This document shows, in pieces, positions 25,431-38,107 of a stretch of DNA of 64,000 nucleotides. The stretch comes from Camelus ferus. Lineage: Eukaryota. The notes below the pieces were generated by a model, which was not told the origin of the DNA, ran no database searches, and saw nothing but the letters and a program-made list of their open reading frames with translations. Each line of letters starts with the position of its first letter. The first letter of the stretch is position 1. The translations under genes were made by a program, and so were the position numbers. The stretch covers positions 6,140,001 through 6,204,000 of the forward strand of contig NC_045698.1 in assembly GCF_009834535.1 (NCBI RefSeq), in the 5' to 3' direction.

Positions 25431-26529
25431 ATTACTTATGGCCAAAGGTCCCCAACAAGCCCTAATGAGACATGTACACTTGCATTTCAGTTTGGATATC
25501 ATATTTCAAACAATACAGTTTCTTGAATTTAATATTAGAAGAATATCTAAAGTATTAAATACATAATCTATTCCAAACAAGGCTATGTCAAGGGTAAAAC
25601 AGTTATGGAATGTAACAATGTTTTCTTAGTATTTTGAACCAACCAGAGAAAGGAAGAAATGCCACTCGTCCATTCATTCCTCTGCACCTATTTGTTTAAC
25701 ACTTACCAGCACCTTCCACGAGTCAGAACTTCTCCTTTGTCTCTGCAGGAGAGGGATTAGAGCTCTGTAGACGGGGATGAGTGACAACAAAATCGGCGGC
25801 AGCAGCAACAACACTGGTTTCAGCCTCTGAGGAGCTCAGACGCAAGTGCAGGAGAAGAGTATAAACAAGTCATTCCTGGCTCCAGCCAGGTTCTGCTTCC
25901 ATCTACACCGGTGCCAGCTGGGGAGGGAAGGACCCCGCCGTCATTTCTCATTAAAAACAAAAGATGTGATTTTTTAAATAAATATTTATTATCTCCAGTG
26001 TGTTTACTCTTACTGCAATGCACTTTTATGCATCTTCTGTTTGACTTTCTTAAGCTTGTCCTGTAAGCCTTGCATTTGCACAGCTGTTGGGGACAGACAT
26101 CCATGTTCTTGTGTTAATTTGATTTATCGTGCAGGAGATAAATGTGTGCCCTGCCAAAAGCACCAACCAGAACAGCAGCGCAACAAGACCTATTTTAAAA
26201 CTGACTACGTTATGTATTGCTTTTTTCCAATTCACTGAATAGTTCCCAGAGCAGAAATGCATTTAAATTTGATATTGCATAGACTTATCTGTGTACCGCC
26301 AAACGCAATACTTCATTTAATTTAAAAGCCAATGCAATCTGAGCTGTTCCCCACATCTTTTATGAAACGTTACAGCATGGCGTATACCTTGAGGAATCAC
26401 AGATTGTGAGTGATGTCGGGCGGGTCACCTCGGCAGCTGGGGTGTCGCTGGAGAGCCAGACAGACCTCCATGAGCCACAGCTCTGAGCATAATTCGAAAG
26501 GGACACAAAGACTTTTTGGAAATCAATTG

Positions 26530-27086
26530 TGTGAGAGACCGAATACACAAATGGACAATGTCAGACCTCATATGAAAACAGAACTCTGACCCATGGTCTG
26601 CGGCAACCAGCCCATTATCTATGGAACCAGCCTTGGAAGCCAGCCTGCTCGCTGTGTCAGACACATAGGAAGTCAGGTCACTATCTCCAGTGACTCATCT
26701 TAGAAGCCAGCCAGTAACCCTTGTAACAACTGGCCAGAAAGAGCTAGGACTCAGTTAATAACTGACAGCCTCCTTATTTTTTGTCCCCACTTTTAATTTA
26801 GGACCAAACAGAGAAAACAGCTCTAAACAATCACACAGGACGCCCCACTCCTAATTAGCCTGCTTCCAGATTCCCCACGTCAACAGCCTCCAATCAGCAC
26901 ACACCCGAAACTGCCCCTTTTTCCCGATAAAGAATTCCCCACTCCTCTGTCTGCCCTTGAGTCTCTGCCAGAATGCAAGTGATGGTGGCTGACTCCCTTG
27001 CTGTACAAGCTCTGAGTAAGTAGCTTTTGCTTTTCTCATTTGGTTGTTTGTTTTCACACACGATTTCTCTCTCGTGTCTTTCCACA
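26530..27086 (+). mobile_element. ERV1 solo LTR (MER34/MER39-like)
   Basis: TG...CA ends, aacagaactctgaccc, ccaatcagc boxes, R/U5-like caagctctgagtaagtagctttt. Confidence 0.65.
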
Positions 27087-28540
27087 TGTATTCAGTTGTC
27101 TAGATGCAGAATTCATTGCTGCATTAAACAATGCACTTAGGTTTTTAAAACCAGATTAATTATGAGGGATTCAATAAGCCACGTCTGAGAGAGGTCCTGA
27201 AACTGTTTATCATAGCGTCTTGGCTCTAAACCTGAATACATCTGATAAACCCAATAAAAGTATTAAGAGAAACTCCCTACTGGGGTCTATGCCATTTGGG
27301 CCAATCAGAAATATAGGTTCTTACGGGGACAAAAGCTAAAGAGCTGAAATTAGAATGTACCTGGAGAACAACCCTGCCACGTAAAAGATGATCCATAACA
27401 ACTATGACACTCAGGGAGAGGGTCAGCAGGACACCGGGACGGGTTTGGAAGCCTCATTAGACTGGGTCAGTTACAACAGGAGACAGTCCACACACAGCCG
27501 AGATTAAAGAAAAATTTCACAGTCTACATCACAATTTAAAGGGATCTGTGGTTGGCAGGAAAAAGCGGCATATTTTGTGATGCTTAAAATAGAGAACACA
27601 GACTAGCATGTTGAACGTAGACAGAAAAAAATACCTTAACTCTTAAAATAATAAAATATTTAAAATGTACGACTTGGGGTGGTCATTAGACTGGATGATT
27701 TCTTATATGTCTCTGAGATTTTATGATTCTACACAACTATAATTATTATACTGAGATTATAAAGCAGCCAGATATTTGCATTGCAAATCTCCTGACTAGT
27801 GTACTTCCACTGAGCAAACCCAGACAGTGTTTTGAATTCAAGGAGGAAGTTTGTCTCACAACAGGAGGAAGAGCTTGCATTATAAGAAGAATTAATTAGT
27901 TTTATCCTAGACAAAATCCTGGAACAGAAAAAGGAGAATAGGGAAAAACTAAGAAAATCCAAATAAAGTATAAAGTTTAGTTAATAAAAATGTAGCAATA
28001 TTGGCTCATTGGTTGTGACAAATACACCATAGAGCATAAGATGTTAACAACAGGGGAAAGTGAAGGGAGGTCAAGATAAGCAGAACAGGATACTGAGCTC
28101 ACCTGCCCCCAGGAACACAGCAAAAATACACCTATGTGGGGAGCAACTCTCCCTGAAAACCACCTGCAGCCTGGGAGAAAGGGTCCTTTACAACCAAGAC
28201 TAAAACTAAAAGAGCCCATCAATTGGAAAATGACCTTACCAGAAGTATTAAAGTGTTTTCGTTAAGTGGAAAAGAAAATATTACAACAAGAAGTAGGAAT
28301 TTATAGGAAAGAAAAAAATGTCCCTAGTCAAGGCAAATATAAAGGATGTGGATCAACCACCAGAAGAAGCTAGTGCAAAGAGTAAAAGAAAAAATTATAA
28401 AAGTCAACTAAAATTACAATAAACAGTTAACGGATAGACATGAAGATGTAAAACACAACATCAAAAACACAAAAGGTGGGGGAGGGGAGTAAAAAATGTA
28501 GATCTTTAGAACATGTTTAAATTTAAATGACTATTAGTTT

Positions 28541-29336
28541 ATACAATCACACCTGTCAGAAGGGCCATCATTCCAAAGTCCACAAATGATAAATGCTGGA
28601 GAGGGTGTGGAGAAAAGGGAATCCTCCTACACTGCTGGTGGGAATGCTGGTTGGTGCAACCACTGTGGAAAACAGAATGGAGATTCCTCAAAAGACTAAA
28701 AATAGACTTACCATATGATCCAACAATCCCACTCCTGGGCATATGTCCAGAGGGAAACTTAATGCAAAAAAACACATGCACCCAATGTTCACAGCAGCAC
28801 TATTTACAACAGCCAAGACATGGAAACAACCTAAATGTCCATCGACAGATGACTGGATAATGAAGTTGTGATATATTTATACAATGGAATACTATTCTGC
28901 CATAAAAATAATAAAATATTGCCATTTGCAGAAACATGGATGGACCTGGAGAATGTCATTCTAAGTGAAATAAGACAGAAGGAGAAAGAAAACTATCATA
29001 TGATATTACTCATATGTGAAATCTAAAAAAAAAGACAAATGAACATATATATAAAACAGAAACAGACTCACAGACATAGAAAACAAACATGGTTACCAGG
29101 CGGGAAGGGGGTTGGAAGCGGTAAATTGGGAGTTTGAGATTTGCAGATACTGACTAGTATATATAAAATAGATAAACAAGTTTATACTGTAGAGCACAGG
29201 GAACTGTATTTGATATCTTGTAGTAGCTTATGGTGAAAAAGAACATGAAAATGGAACATGAATATATGTATATTCATGTATGACTGAAGCAACGTGTTGT
29301 ACACCAGAAATTGACAATATTGTAAACTGACCATAC

Positions 29337-29388
<52 letters not shown>

Positions 29389-29389
29389 C
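28541..29389 (+). mobile_element. 5'-truncated lineage-specific L1 (ORF2 C-terminus + 3' UTR + (TAAA)n tail)
   Basis: ORF 28651-28860 [33 protein letters not shown] tgactat(t/c)agttt at 28528-28540 and 29390-29402. Confidence 0.92.
29339..29388. repeat. (AAAT)n microsatellite derived from the L1 tail
   Basis: directly visible. Confidence 0.95.
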
Positions 29390-29908
29390 TGACTATCAGT
29401 TTAAAATAAATAGATGGAGTTACAGGTCAACATATATGAGCCCCATGGTAACCACAAATCAAAACCTACAAAATATACATAAAAACTAGAGAGAAAGGAA
29501 CACAAGTATAACACTAAAGAAAATCAACAAAGCACAAGGCAAGAGACTAAGAGAAAAACAGAGAGAACTAAAGAAAAACAACAAAAAAGCAAGTAACAAA
29601 ATGGCAATGTGGTAAGTACACCAGATCAGTAATCACTTTAAGTGTCAATAAAGTAAATAATCAAAATCTAAAGACATAGAGTGCCTGATTAGATTTTAAA
29701 AACTAGAGACACCCACATGCACCCCAATTTTCATAGCAGTGTTATTGACAATAACCAAGATATGAAAGCAACTTAAGTGTTCATCAACAGATGAATTGAT
29801 ATCAAAGATGTGAGACACATATGCCCATAAAATGAAATATTACTCAGTCATAAAGTGGATGATAAAATTCTGTCACTTGCAACAACATGGATGGACCTGA
29901 AGAGTATT

Positions 29909-30735
29909 TTTTAAATAAATAATTTGTATAATTTTATTTTGAACTCCTTAGTTAAATATTTTGACTATATAGTGTCTCATCTATAAAAAATTAAATTTAC
30001 AGCAAATATTGAGTAAAATACTCCCTTATTTTGGGGAAAATCCTAATTTTGTGAGTTAATCATTACATGATTTTCGTTTTGTTTTGTTTTACTTACTTTT
30101 TTTCATGTATTTGGGTTTTTTGTTTTGTTTTTTATTGAAGTACAGTCATTTACAATGTGTAAGTTTTTGGTGTACAGCACAATGTCCCAATCATGCATAT
30201 ACATACATATATTCATTTCATATCCTTTTTCATTAAAGGTTATTACAAGATATTAAATATAGTTCCCTGTGCTATGCAGAAGAAATTTGTTATTTTAATC
30301 TATTTTATATATAGTGGCTGACATTTGCAAATCTCAAACTCCCAAATTTATCCCTTCCCACCCACCTTGCCCCCTATAACCATAAGATTGTGTACTATGT
30401 CTACAAGTCTGTTTCTGTAGATGCGTTAATTAGTGTCATCTTTTTTTCTTGTTTTTTAGGTTCCACATATAAGTGACATCATATGGTTTTTTTCTTTCTC
30501 TTTCTGGCTTATTTCACTTAGAATGATGATCATCCATGTTGCTGCAAATAGCATTATTTTCTTCTTTTTTATGGCTGAGTAATTCTATTGTATAAACATA
30601 CCACAGCTTCCTTATCCAGTTATCTGTCAATGGACATTTAGGTTGTTTCTATGTCTTGGCTGTTGTATAGAGCACTGCTATGAACATTGGGGTGCATGTA
30701 TCTTTTTGAATTAGAGTTCCCTCTGAATATATGCC
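29909..30735 (-). mobile_element. 5'-truncated L1 with probable 3' transduction
   Basis: L1 3' end about 30130-30735; non-L1 segment about 29913-30100; TSD c(c/t)tg(a/g)agagtatt at 29896-29908 and 30736-30748. Confidence 0.8.
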
Positions 30736-32034
30736 CTTGGAGAGTATTATGTTTAGAGAAATAAGCCAGACAGAGGCAAATACTGTATACTATCACTTAT
30801 ATGTAGAACCCCAAAATAAAATAAATGAATAAATAAAACCATACAGAAACAGACTCACAGATATAAGGAACAAACTAGTGGTTACTAGTCAGGAGAAGGA
30901 TGTGGGGAGGGCAAACTAGGAACAGGAGATTAAAACGTACAAACTATTGAGTATAAAATAAATGAGATACAAGGCTATATTGTACAGCACAGGGAACATA
31001 GCCATTATTTTATAATAACTTTAAATGAAATATAAACTATAAAAATATTGAATCACTATGTTGTACTTGAAACTAACAAATACTGTAAGTCAACCATACT
31101 CTAATAAAGAAAAAGAAAACAATAGAAGGAAGAATGGAAAGTATATGGGATCTCCCCAAACTACTTTTGCAACTTTTTTTGAAATCTAAAACTATCGTCA
31201 AACTAAATATTTATTTTTAAAAATTAATGTTCCTTAAAAAGTCAAAGAATTGAAAGTACATAGTTTTTTTTAAGTTTTCTCTTTCATTAGGGTTATTCAG
31301 GTAAGAACATTGTCAAAGGTATAATATATCTGATCACATTCAATTCTAACCTGAATCTGTGAGGTAGGAAATACAGATGAAGTGTGCATAGTTCATGCTA
31401 TACAAATAATTCACAATAATCAATATATTTAAGAAAGTTTGGGAATCAGTCACTATCATAGTTTCAATCCAAATCATTTTTATTTAATAGTTTTCCCAGT
31501 ATTCAAGATTACTGTTAAAGCATGGGAGTAGAAATCTTAATTATGAAATGTATAAAACATTTTAAATTGAGCAGTTCCTTTTATGAGATTTCACTTATGA
31601 ATTTGGATTTCCTTTCTAAGTAGCATGGGAATTTCAAGTTTTAGTCACTACGCTAAATAGACTGTTACTACCAAAGACTCTAGATAATAGCACATCACCT
31701 AATAAATTGCCACTAAGAATAGTCAATTATCAGGAGTGATGACAAAGTGAAGCGTATCTGCAGGCTCCACCAGCGTTAAACACCATGTCCTACTCAGCAG
31801 GACACTGCTTGAGCAATTAGGTATCCATCATAAATTAAGCCTAATTAAAAGTTAAACATGAGAAACAAAGGGAAAAAAAGGCAAACAAAAATATTTGTAA
31901 GCAACTCAAGTGATCAACTCTAGATTTCCTTAGGAATCCATCATAGAGATGTTTTAATGCACAAAAGTTAAATTATAGGAAAAAATTAAAGAAAGATAAC
32001 TTACTTTTGCATTTTGATGTACATATGCTGGAGC

Positions 32035-33035
32035 TTTTAAAAAGTTTTATTGAGGTGCAATTGACATAAAATTAACTGTGTATAGAATCTGTAAAATATG
32101 TGCATAAGTATAAAACTATCACCACAAACCAGATAGCGAATATATTCATCAACTCCATAAGAGTCCCTGTGCCCTTCTGCAATTCCTTCTTCTCTTCAGG
32201 GCCCCCAACCCCAGGCAAACACTGATCTACTTTCTGAATTTTCTAGAATTATATATAATTGATAGATAAATATACACAGAGAGATAATGCACTTCTTTCA
32301 TCCAGTATGTTTTGTAATGTACTGGTGTTGTGTGTATCTATGCAATAATTCATCCTTTTTGATTGCTGAGTAATATTCCAAAAATTTTAAGGTATGGTAT
32401 GGATATATTAAAGTTCATTTACCCATTCACCTGTTTATAGACATATCAATTGTTTCCAGTTTTGAGTTGTTGAAAGTAAACCTACTGTGAGCACTGGTGT
32501 AAGAGTCTCTGAATGGACCTAAGGTTTCATTTATGTTGCCTAATATTTAGAAATGAAATAGCTTTAGGTCATATGATAAGTAAATGCTTAACATTGAAGA
32601 CATATCCAAACTGTTTTCTAAATGTTTGTACCATTCTGTGTGCTCCTCAGGAGTGTATGAGAGCTTTGGTTACTCTGCATCACCAACAGGACAGTTTGTG
32701 GGCTAACTAAACTTTAGCCACTCTAACTGGTGTGTAATCTATCTCATTATGGTTTTAATTTGCATTTCCCTAATTACTGATGAGGTTGAGAATTTTTCAA
32801 GTGCATATTTGCCATCCATATATCTTCCTTGGTGAAGTGTCTTTTTTTATATTTTGCCCATTTTATTATTAGATTGTTTGTTTCCTTATTCTTAAATGTT
32901 CAGTGTCCTTTATATATTCTGGATACAAGCACTGTTTAAAATATGTAATTTTTTTCCAATCTTCTGTGCTGTCTGTTTGCATTCTTTTAATATTGCCTTT
33001 CAAAACCTAGAAGTTCTTAATTTGGATGAGGTAAT
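32035..33035 (-). mobile_element. L1MB/ME 3' end
   Basis: ttttattgaggtgcaattgacata...ggttttaatttgcatttccctaattactgatgaggttgag. Confidence 0.8.
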
Positions 33036-33129
33036 ATGCATCCTTTTATATTTTATAGATACACATGTAATTATTTTACATATAAATCACTTATTCTATG
33101 TGTTGTTTACTCGTTTCAATTTGCCTGGC

Positions 33130-33770
33130 ATACTCTTCATTCTCCAGAAATCAGTAAGATCCAAACCTTTAAAAGACTTATCCTTCCCCCTCAAGGAAGT
33201 GAATATATCTTTCCATGCCTTACGTGTGGGCTGCATACAGCAACTACCTTCTAAAATGAACAATATTGAAAGGAGAAAAAAAGAGTAACTTCACAGTGAA
33301 GAAAACCAACAAATACTACCTCAGCCAACTGATCAAAGTTAACATTAATAGTGACTAGTCATTTGATAGTATGTGCCTTTGATGTGATGTAATGAAAATG
33401 GCACTTTATCTCTGTGGTCTTCCTCCCAATACAAAAAAAATCCCAGGGTGATTATGAGAAAAACATCAGACATAATGCAATGCATGAGAATCCTACAATA
33501 TGAGGGACCAGAACTCCTCAACACAAGGAAAGTCTGAGTAACATGATAGCCTCCATGTATCCCAGAACAACAACAACAACAAAAAAGGGCATTATGTAAA
33601 AATTCAGAAAATCCAAATAAAGTATAGAGGTGTAATAATGTGTCAACATCAGTTCATAAATTGTAACAAATATACGTACTAATGCGAGATGTTTATAAGA
33701 GGAGAAATGGTGTGAGATACATAGGTCTGTGCGCATTCCTTAAATCTAAAAAGTTTCCATTTTCAAAAGC
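33130..33770 (+). mobile_element. L1MC 3' UTR
   Basis: gtaacttcacagtgaagaaaacc...gatcaaagttaacattaatagtg...aaatccaaataaagtatag. Confidence 0.75.
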
Positions 33771-34359
33771 ATATTTTTAAAAATTGTCTAAAGACTTAGA
33801 TGTATGTCATACCTTTAAACTCTTCTCTGGATGTAGATATTATTGAATTGGAGAGTCATTTTCCGTATTTCTGATAATATAAATTGACCACCAACTGCCA
33901 TAAAGCTGCTGATTATATACTTATAAGATATAAAATGTTCCTTTTACTGTTCCTTTGGTTCAAATGAGTTATTATTGTGAGAAGTCACTGCCTCTGATTT
34001 ACAAAAGTAGACAAATATTTCACACCAAAGGCTTCCTTGGCTTATAGAATTTTCTTTGCTTGAGTGGTTTCTGAGGATGAAATTCAAGCTGGACCAGATA
34101 TTATAGTGAAATCTTAGTGAATTTTGAGGAGTTTTGAAGGATTGAAAATGATTAGTGAAACAGAAGAAAACCCTCACTCCTTTCCATAGATAATGCTGTA
34201 AAAATCTAACCAACTGAAATATATTAAATACCTTTAGTTACATTTAATATTTTGATAGTTCTGTGTTCACTATATGAACATCATGTGAGGAATTAATTAC
34301 ACCATTGCTATAAATTGTTACTATATTGCTATAAAGTGTTAATAACAGTAACAAATAGT

Positions 34360-34500
34360 GCCAGGTGGTATGTCAGATCCTGGTCTCCACCTTACTTACT
34401 GGCTGTGTGATTTTAGGTAAACCATTTACTCTGGGGTGTTCATTTCTTTCCTTCTGTAAAGGAGGGATAATGAAGTTCCCACTTCACAGGATTATGAACT
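34360..34500 (+). mobile_element. MIR fragment
   Basis: cttactggctgtgtgattttaggtaaacc...ctgtaaaggagggataat. Confidence 0.65.
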
Positions 34501-34519
34501 ATTGCTATTTTTGTCACCT

Positions 34520-35270
34520 TTTACCTATAAACATGTCTTAAAATCTACTTTACTGTGTTGTTCTTTCAAAAGTCAATTTTCTTTTAAATTAAATAAGGAA
34601 GAAAGAACACACTGTCTCCTGCAGTTAATCATCCATTTATCATTGACGGTGTTCACCTTTCCTACACTTAGAGCCAAGTTGCCCACTGTTCCCATGCCCT
34701 TCAGCCTGAAGGACAGTCCTCACTTAGAACTTCCTGTGGTGCAAATTGTCTCAGCTTCTGTTAACATGATTTCTGTATCTTGATTTCTTCCTCATTTTTG
34801 GAGGATTTTTTGGCTGATAAAATTTTATTGTTAACATCTAGTACATGTAATATTTCTGTTATCTTCTGTGAAATCAACATTCTTCTCCTTGCATAACCTG
34901 TACATAATGTGTCTCTTTTTTTTTTTCTGGCTGTCTTCAAGGTCCTTTTTTCCTTTTTTTTCCAATTTGGTTTATAGAATCTTGACTATTTTCTGCCTAG
35001 TATGAGTCTTTTAATACTTATTTTGCTTGCATCTCACTGAGACCCTTGCATCTCACTGAGACCCTTGCATACACAAGTAAGTTTCTTCATCAAATTTTGA
35101 AAAGTTTTGGCTACTATCTTTTCACATATTTTTCTGTTCCAATTTTAAACTTTTTTCCTTCTGAGGAAAAATTACATGTATGCTAGATCATTTGATATTA
35201 TCTACAGTTCCCAGAAGATTCTTTTTCAAACTAGTTCTCTCTGTTCTTCAGATTGGCTAAATTCAATATT
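34520..35270 (-). mobile_element. Old L1/HAL1 ORF1 remnant
   Basis: T-rich antisense ORF1-like text (catcaaattttgaaaagttttggctactatc). Confidence 0.55.
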
Positions 35271-35650
35271 TATATTTAAATACTGTAGATATTTACTACT
35301 AATTATATTTTATATATAAACATTATAATAAATGCTTAATATGCAAAATGATATATAATATAATAATTAACCCATGCATTATATATTATTGTTATTTATA
35401 GTATAAATATTATAAGTAGGTACATATACTATAAATATAATAAAAATATTTATAATGATATTTATAAATATATAAATAATTATATGTAACATCTAAAATA
35501 TAAACATTTAATTTATATTTTAATTATATAAAATGTATAATTATTTTATATAAAATATATAAGTATAATCTTATATATGTTTAATATTTTATACGTAGTT
35601 CATGTATAAATATCTATATTTAATATTTATATTCATACCTATATAAATAC
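35270..35650. repeat. AT-rich low-complexity/(TA)n tract
   Basis: directly visible. Confidence 0.9.
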
Positions 35651-35779
35651 AGATATTGCTAGGTGACAATATGTATGCATTATATTTCTGCAATACTGTT
35701 TTTGCTTTAAATAAGTTAATTTTTTATGTCTAAGAGTCTTAGCTCTTCTATTTATCTTTTTGTAGATTAAAATTATGTA

Positions 35780-36140
35780 GCAATTATCACTGTCCTTCCT
35801 CAGTAGAGCTGTGTTTCCCTGATACCCTGAACTCACACACAGCAATGCAACTTGCTTTGGTCAATGAAATGTGAGTGAGAGTGACCTGTGACACTTCCAG
35901 GCATTGCTGTAAGAGCCAGTGTGCCCTTTATCTGATGGTCTCCTTTCCCTCTGCCTTGATGTCCACCAGTGTTTCAGAAAAGCTGAGGTCTCACCAGGCT
36001 GAGTTTGACATGAAAATCACGATCATTCAAAGCAAAGATCTGTAAAGAACTGAGTGAAGAGTCAATATTTGTTGTTTTAATCAATGAAATGTGGGTGTCA
36101 CTTGTTACTGTAGCAAAGTTAATTTAGTCTCCTGACACCA
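35780..36140 (+). mobile_element. MLT1J-like LTR
   Basis: cttgctttggtcaatgaaatgtgagtgagagtgacctgtgacacttccagg. Confidence 0.7.
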
Positions 36141-38107
36141 TAGATAATATATGTACTTATTTATTGCAGTTTTAGAATAGCTTGTCAGTACTAATTATAT
36201 TCCATTAGATTTTTTTGAAATTGTATTAGTCACATAGAATAATTCAAAGTGACAGACATATTTAGATTGCTGAATCCTCCCCTTCAAGAGCATAATGTGC
36301 GTTTCCATTTATGTAAATCTTCTCTCATGCCACCAAGGAGGCGTTTTAGTGGCTGTTATAGCATAATTTATGTCAACCTTTTTCTAACGACAAGTAATTA
36401 TTTTTATCTTTAATCTATTAATAGTGGTATAGTAAAAATACTCTGCATAAATATTTGACATGCTCTAATTAATTGCCTATCATAAATGAATAGAGAAGGA
36501 CTACTAAATTAAAGATAATAATGATCTTTATACTCTTGATTACTGTCAAATAATATCTTAGAAAAATTGCATGAATTTTCTTTCCCACCAGCAATACATC
36601 TATATGAGTAATTTCATGCAATCTTACTATTATTAAATTTTACCTTTCTTCAGTAAATCATTCAAGTGAAAGGTAAGATGGACAGATAGGTAGATAACAT
36701 GCATGTTTTATGAGTGTTGGTGAAGATATCCCCACAAATAAGTATATAACATGCATGTGTATACATGTATGTAAGTATACACACATACATATGTTTTTAA
36801 CCTAAGCAGTGAAATCTACACACATTCACACGCATATTCATGTACACGTATGTATGCATGCACATATATTGTTGGCTGTTGCTAGCAGAGTTAGAAATCA
36901 TTATATGATCAGTTGTATGTAAGTTGTGCCCTCTGACTTCCCACTGGAGTGCAATGCAAACCCCAGACATTATACCACTTTACCTGCAAATTATCCACTA
37001 AGAATCTTTAACAGGTATGAATGCAACACCATTATTGCTATTAGCAAAGTCATAGTACTTCTTTATAGCTATATAATAATCGTTTGTTGTTTACATTTTC
37101 CCGCATCTCACAAATATTTGATGTTTTAGACTTTTTTCTTTTGTTTTTCTGTTCTCTTTATCAATGGTATATTAGATTAAAATTATTTAAAATAAGACTA
37201 CATTTAATATGCTTGTGCATATATCCTTGTAAATGTGTGATTCATTTTATCTTCAGTCTCTATATATAAGTGGAATTGTGGGATTTTGGAACAAATGCAT
37301 CTTCTCCTTTCTTCCTTTTTTTCTTTTTTTGAATGAGGCTAAATAATTCTCCAAAGTGTTTATACTTATTTATCTAACCACTAATAGTAAATTATAATTC
37401 TTAATTCTTATTGACCCACATCTCAGCTAGAATTTACTTGTAACAGGCCATTATTTATTGTTGAATCTGCTTTCTATAACTATTAGTGCAATTGAGAATC
37501 ATTTCATGTTTAATTAAGGCTTTTGTGTTCTACCTTGATTTTTTGTTTAGATCCTTTGACATTTTTCTCTAATAAGAAACTGTCTTCTTTTATCATTTTG
37601 TAAGATTCCTGTATATATACTGAATACAAATCCTTTGTAATAAGCTATACAAATATTTTCTTCTAATCTTTGTTTTGATTTTACAGGGTTTAATGTCACA
37701 TAGAAGTCATATAAAAGTTTTACATTTTAATACAGTGTTTTCCTTTATGCAGCCTTTTGTTTCCTGTATAAAAATTATCCTGTATTACAAGTTCATAAGG
37801 ATATTTAATATATATTTCTTTAAACATTTTAATGTTGCTTTCCCATTTACATGCTTAGTCTATCTAAAATGTATTTAGGATGTTTCTCCTCTTGGTTAGT
37901 CATTTTTCTTGAAACCATCCTTTTTTTTCATTTTCCCAACATTTCTGCTATTCCTGGGTCTTGTGTATTCATGTTTCTGTCTCTTGTCTCTCCATTTTTT
38001 TAGGTTGATTTATCTCAAAGATGGTGTAATTATAATTTTATGATAAATCATGATATCTTGATTGGTCAATCACTGCTACTCCTCTTTTTCCTTCAATTTT
38101 CTTCTTT

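Larger units (their letters stand above)
27870..31215 (+). mobile_element. Nested L1 cluster: L1MC 3' UTR host split by an internally deleted L1 (about 28066-31110), which hosts two younger L1s
   Basis: Host text gatgttaacaacaggggaaag (28040) resumes as tatatgggatctcc...tttgcaactttt (31142); the middle element shows 5' UTR start, ORF1 end, spacer, ORF2 start, ORF2 end and 3' UTR. Confidence 0.75.
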
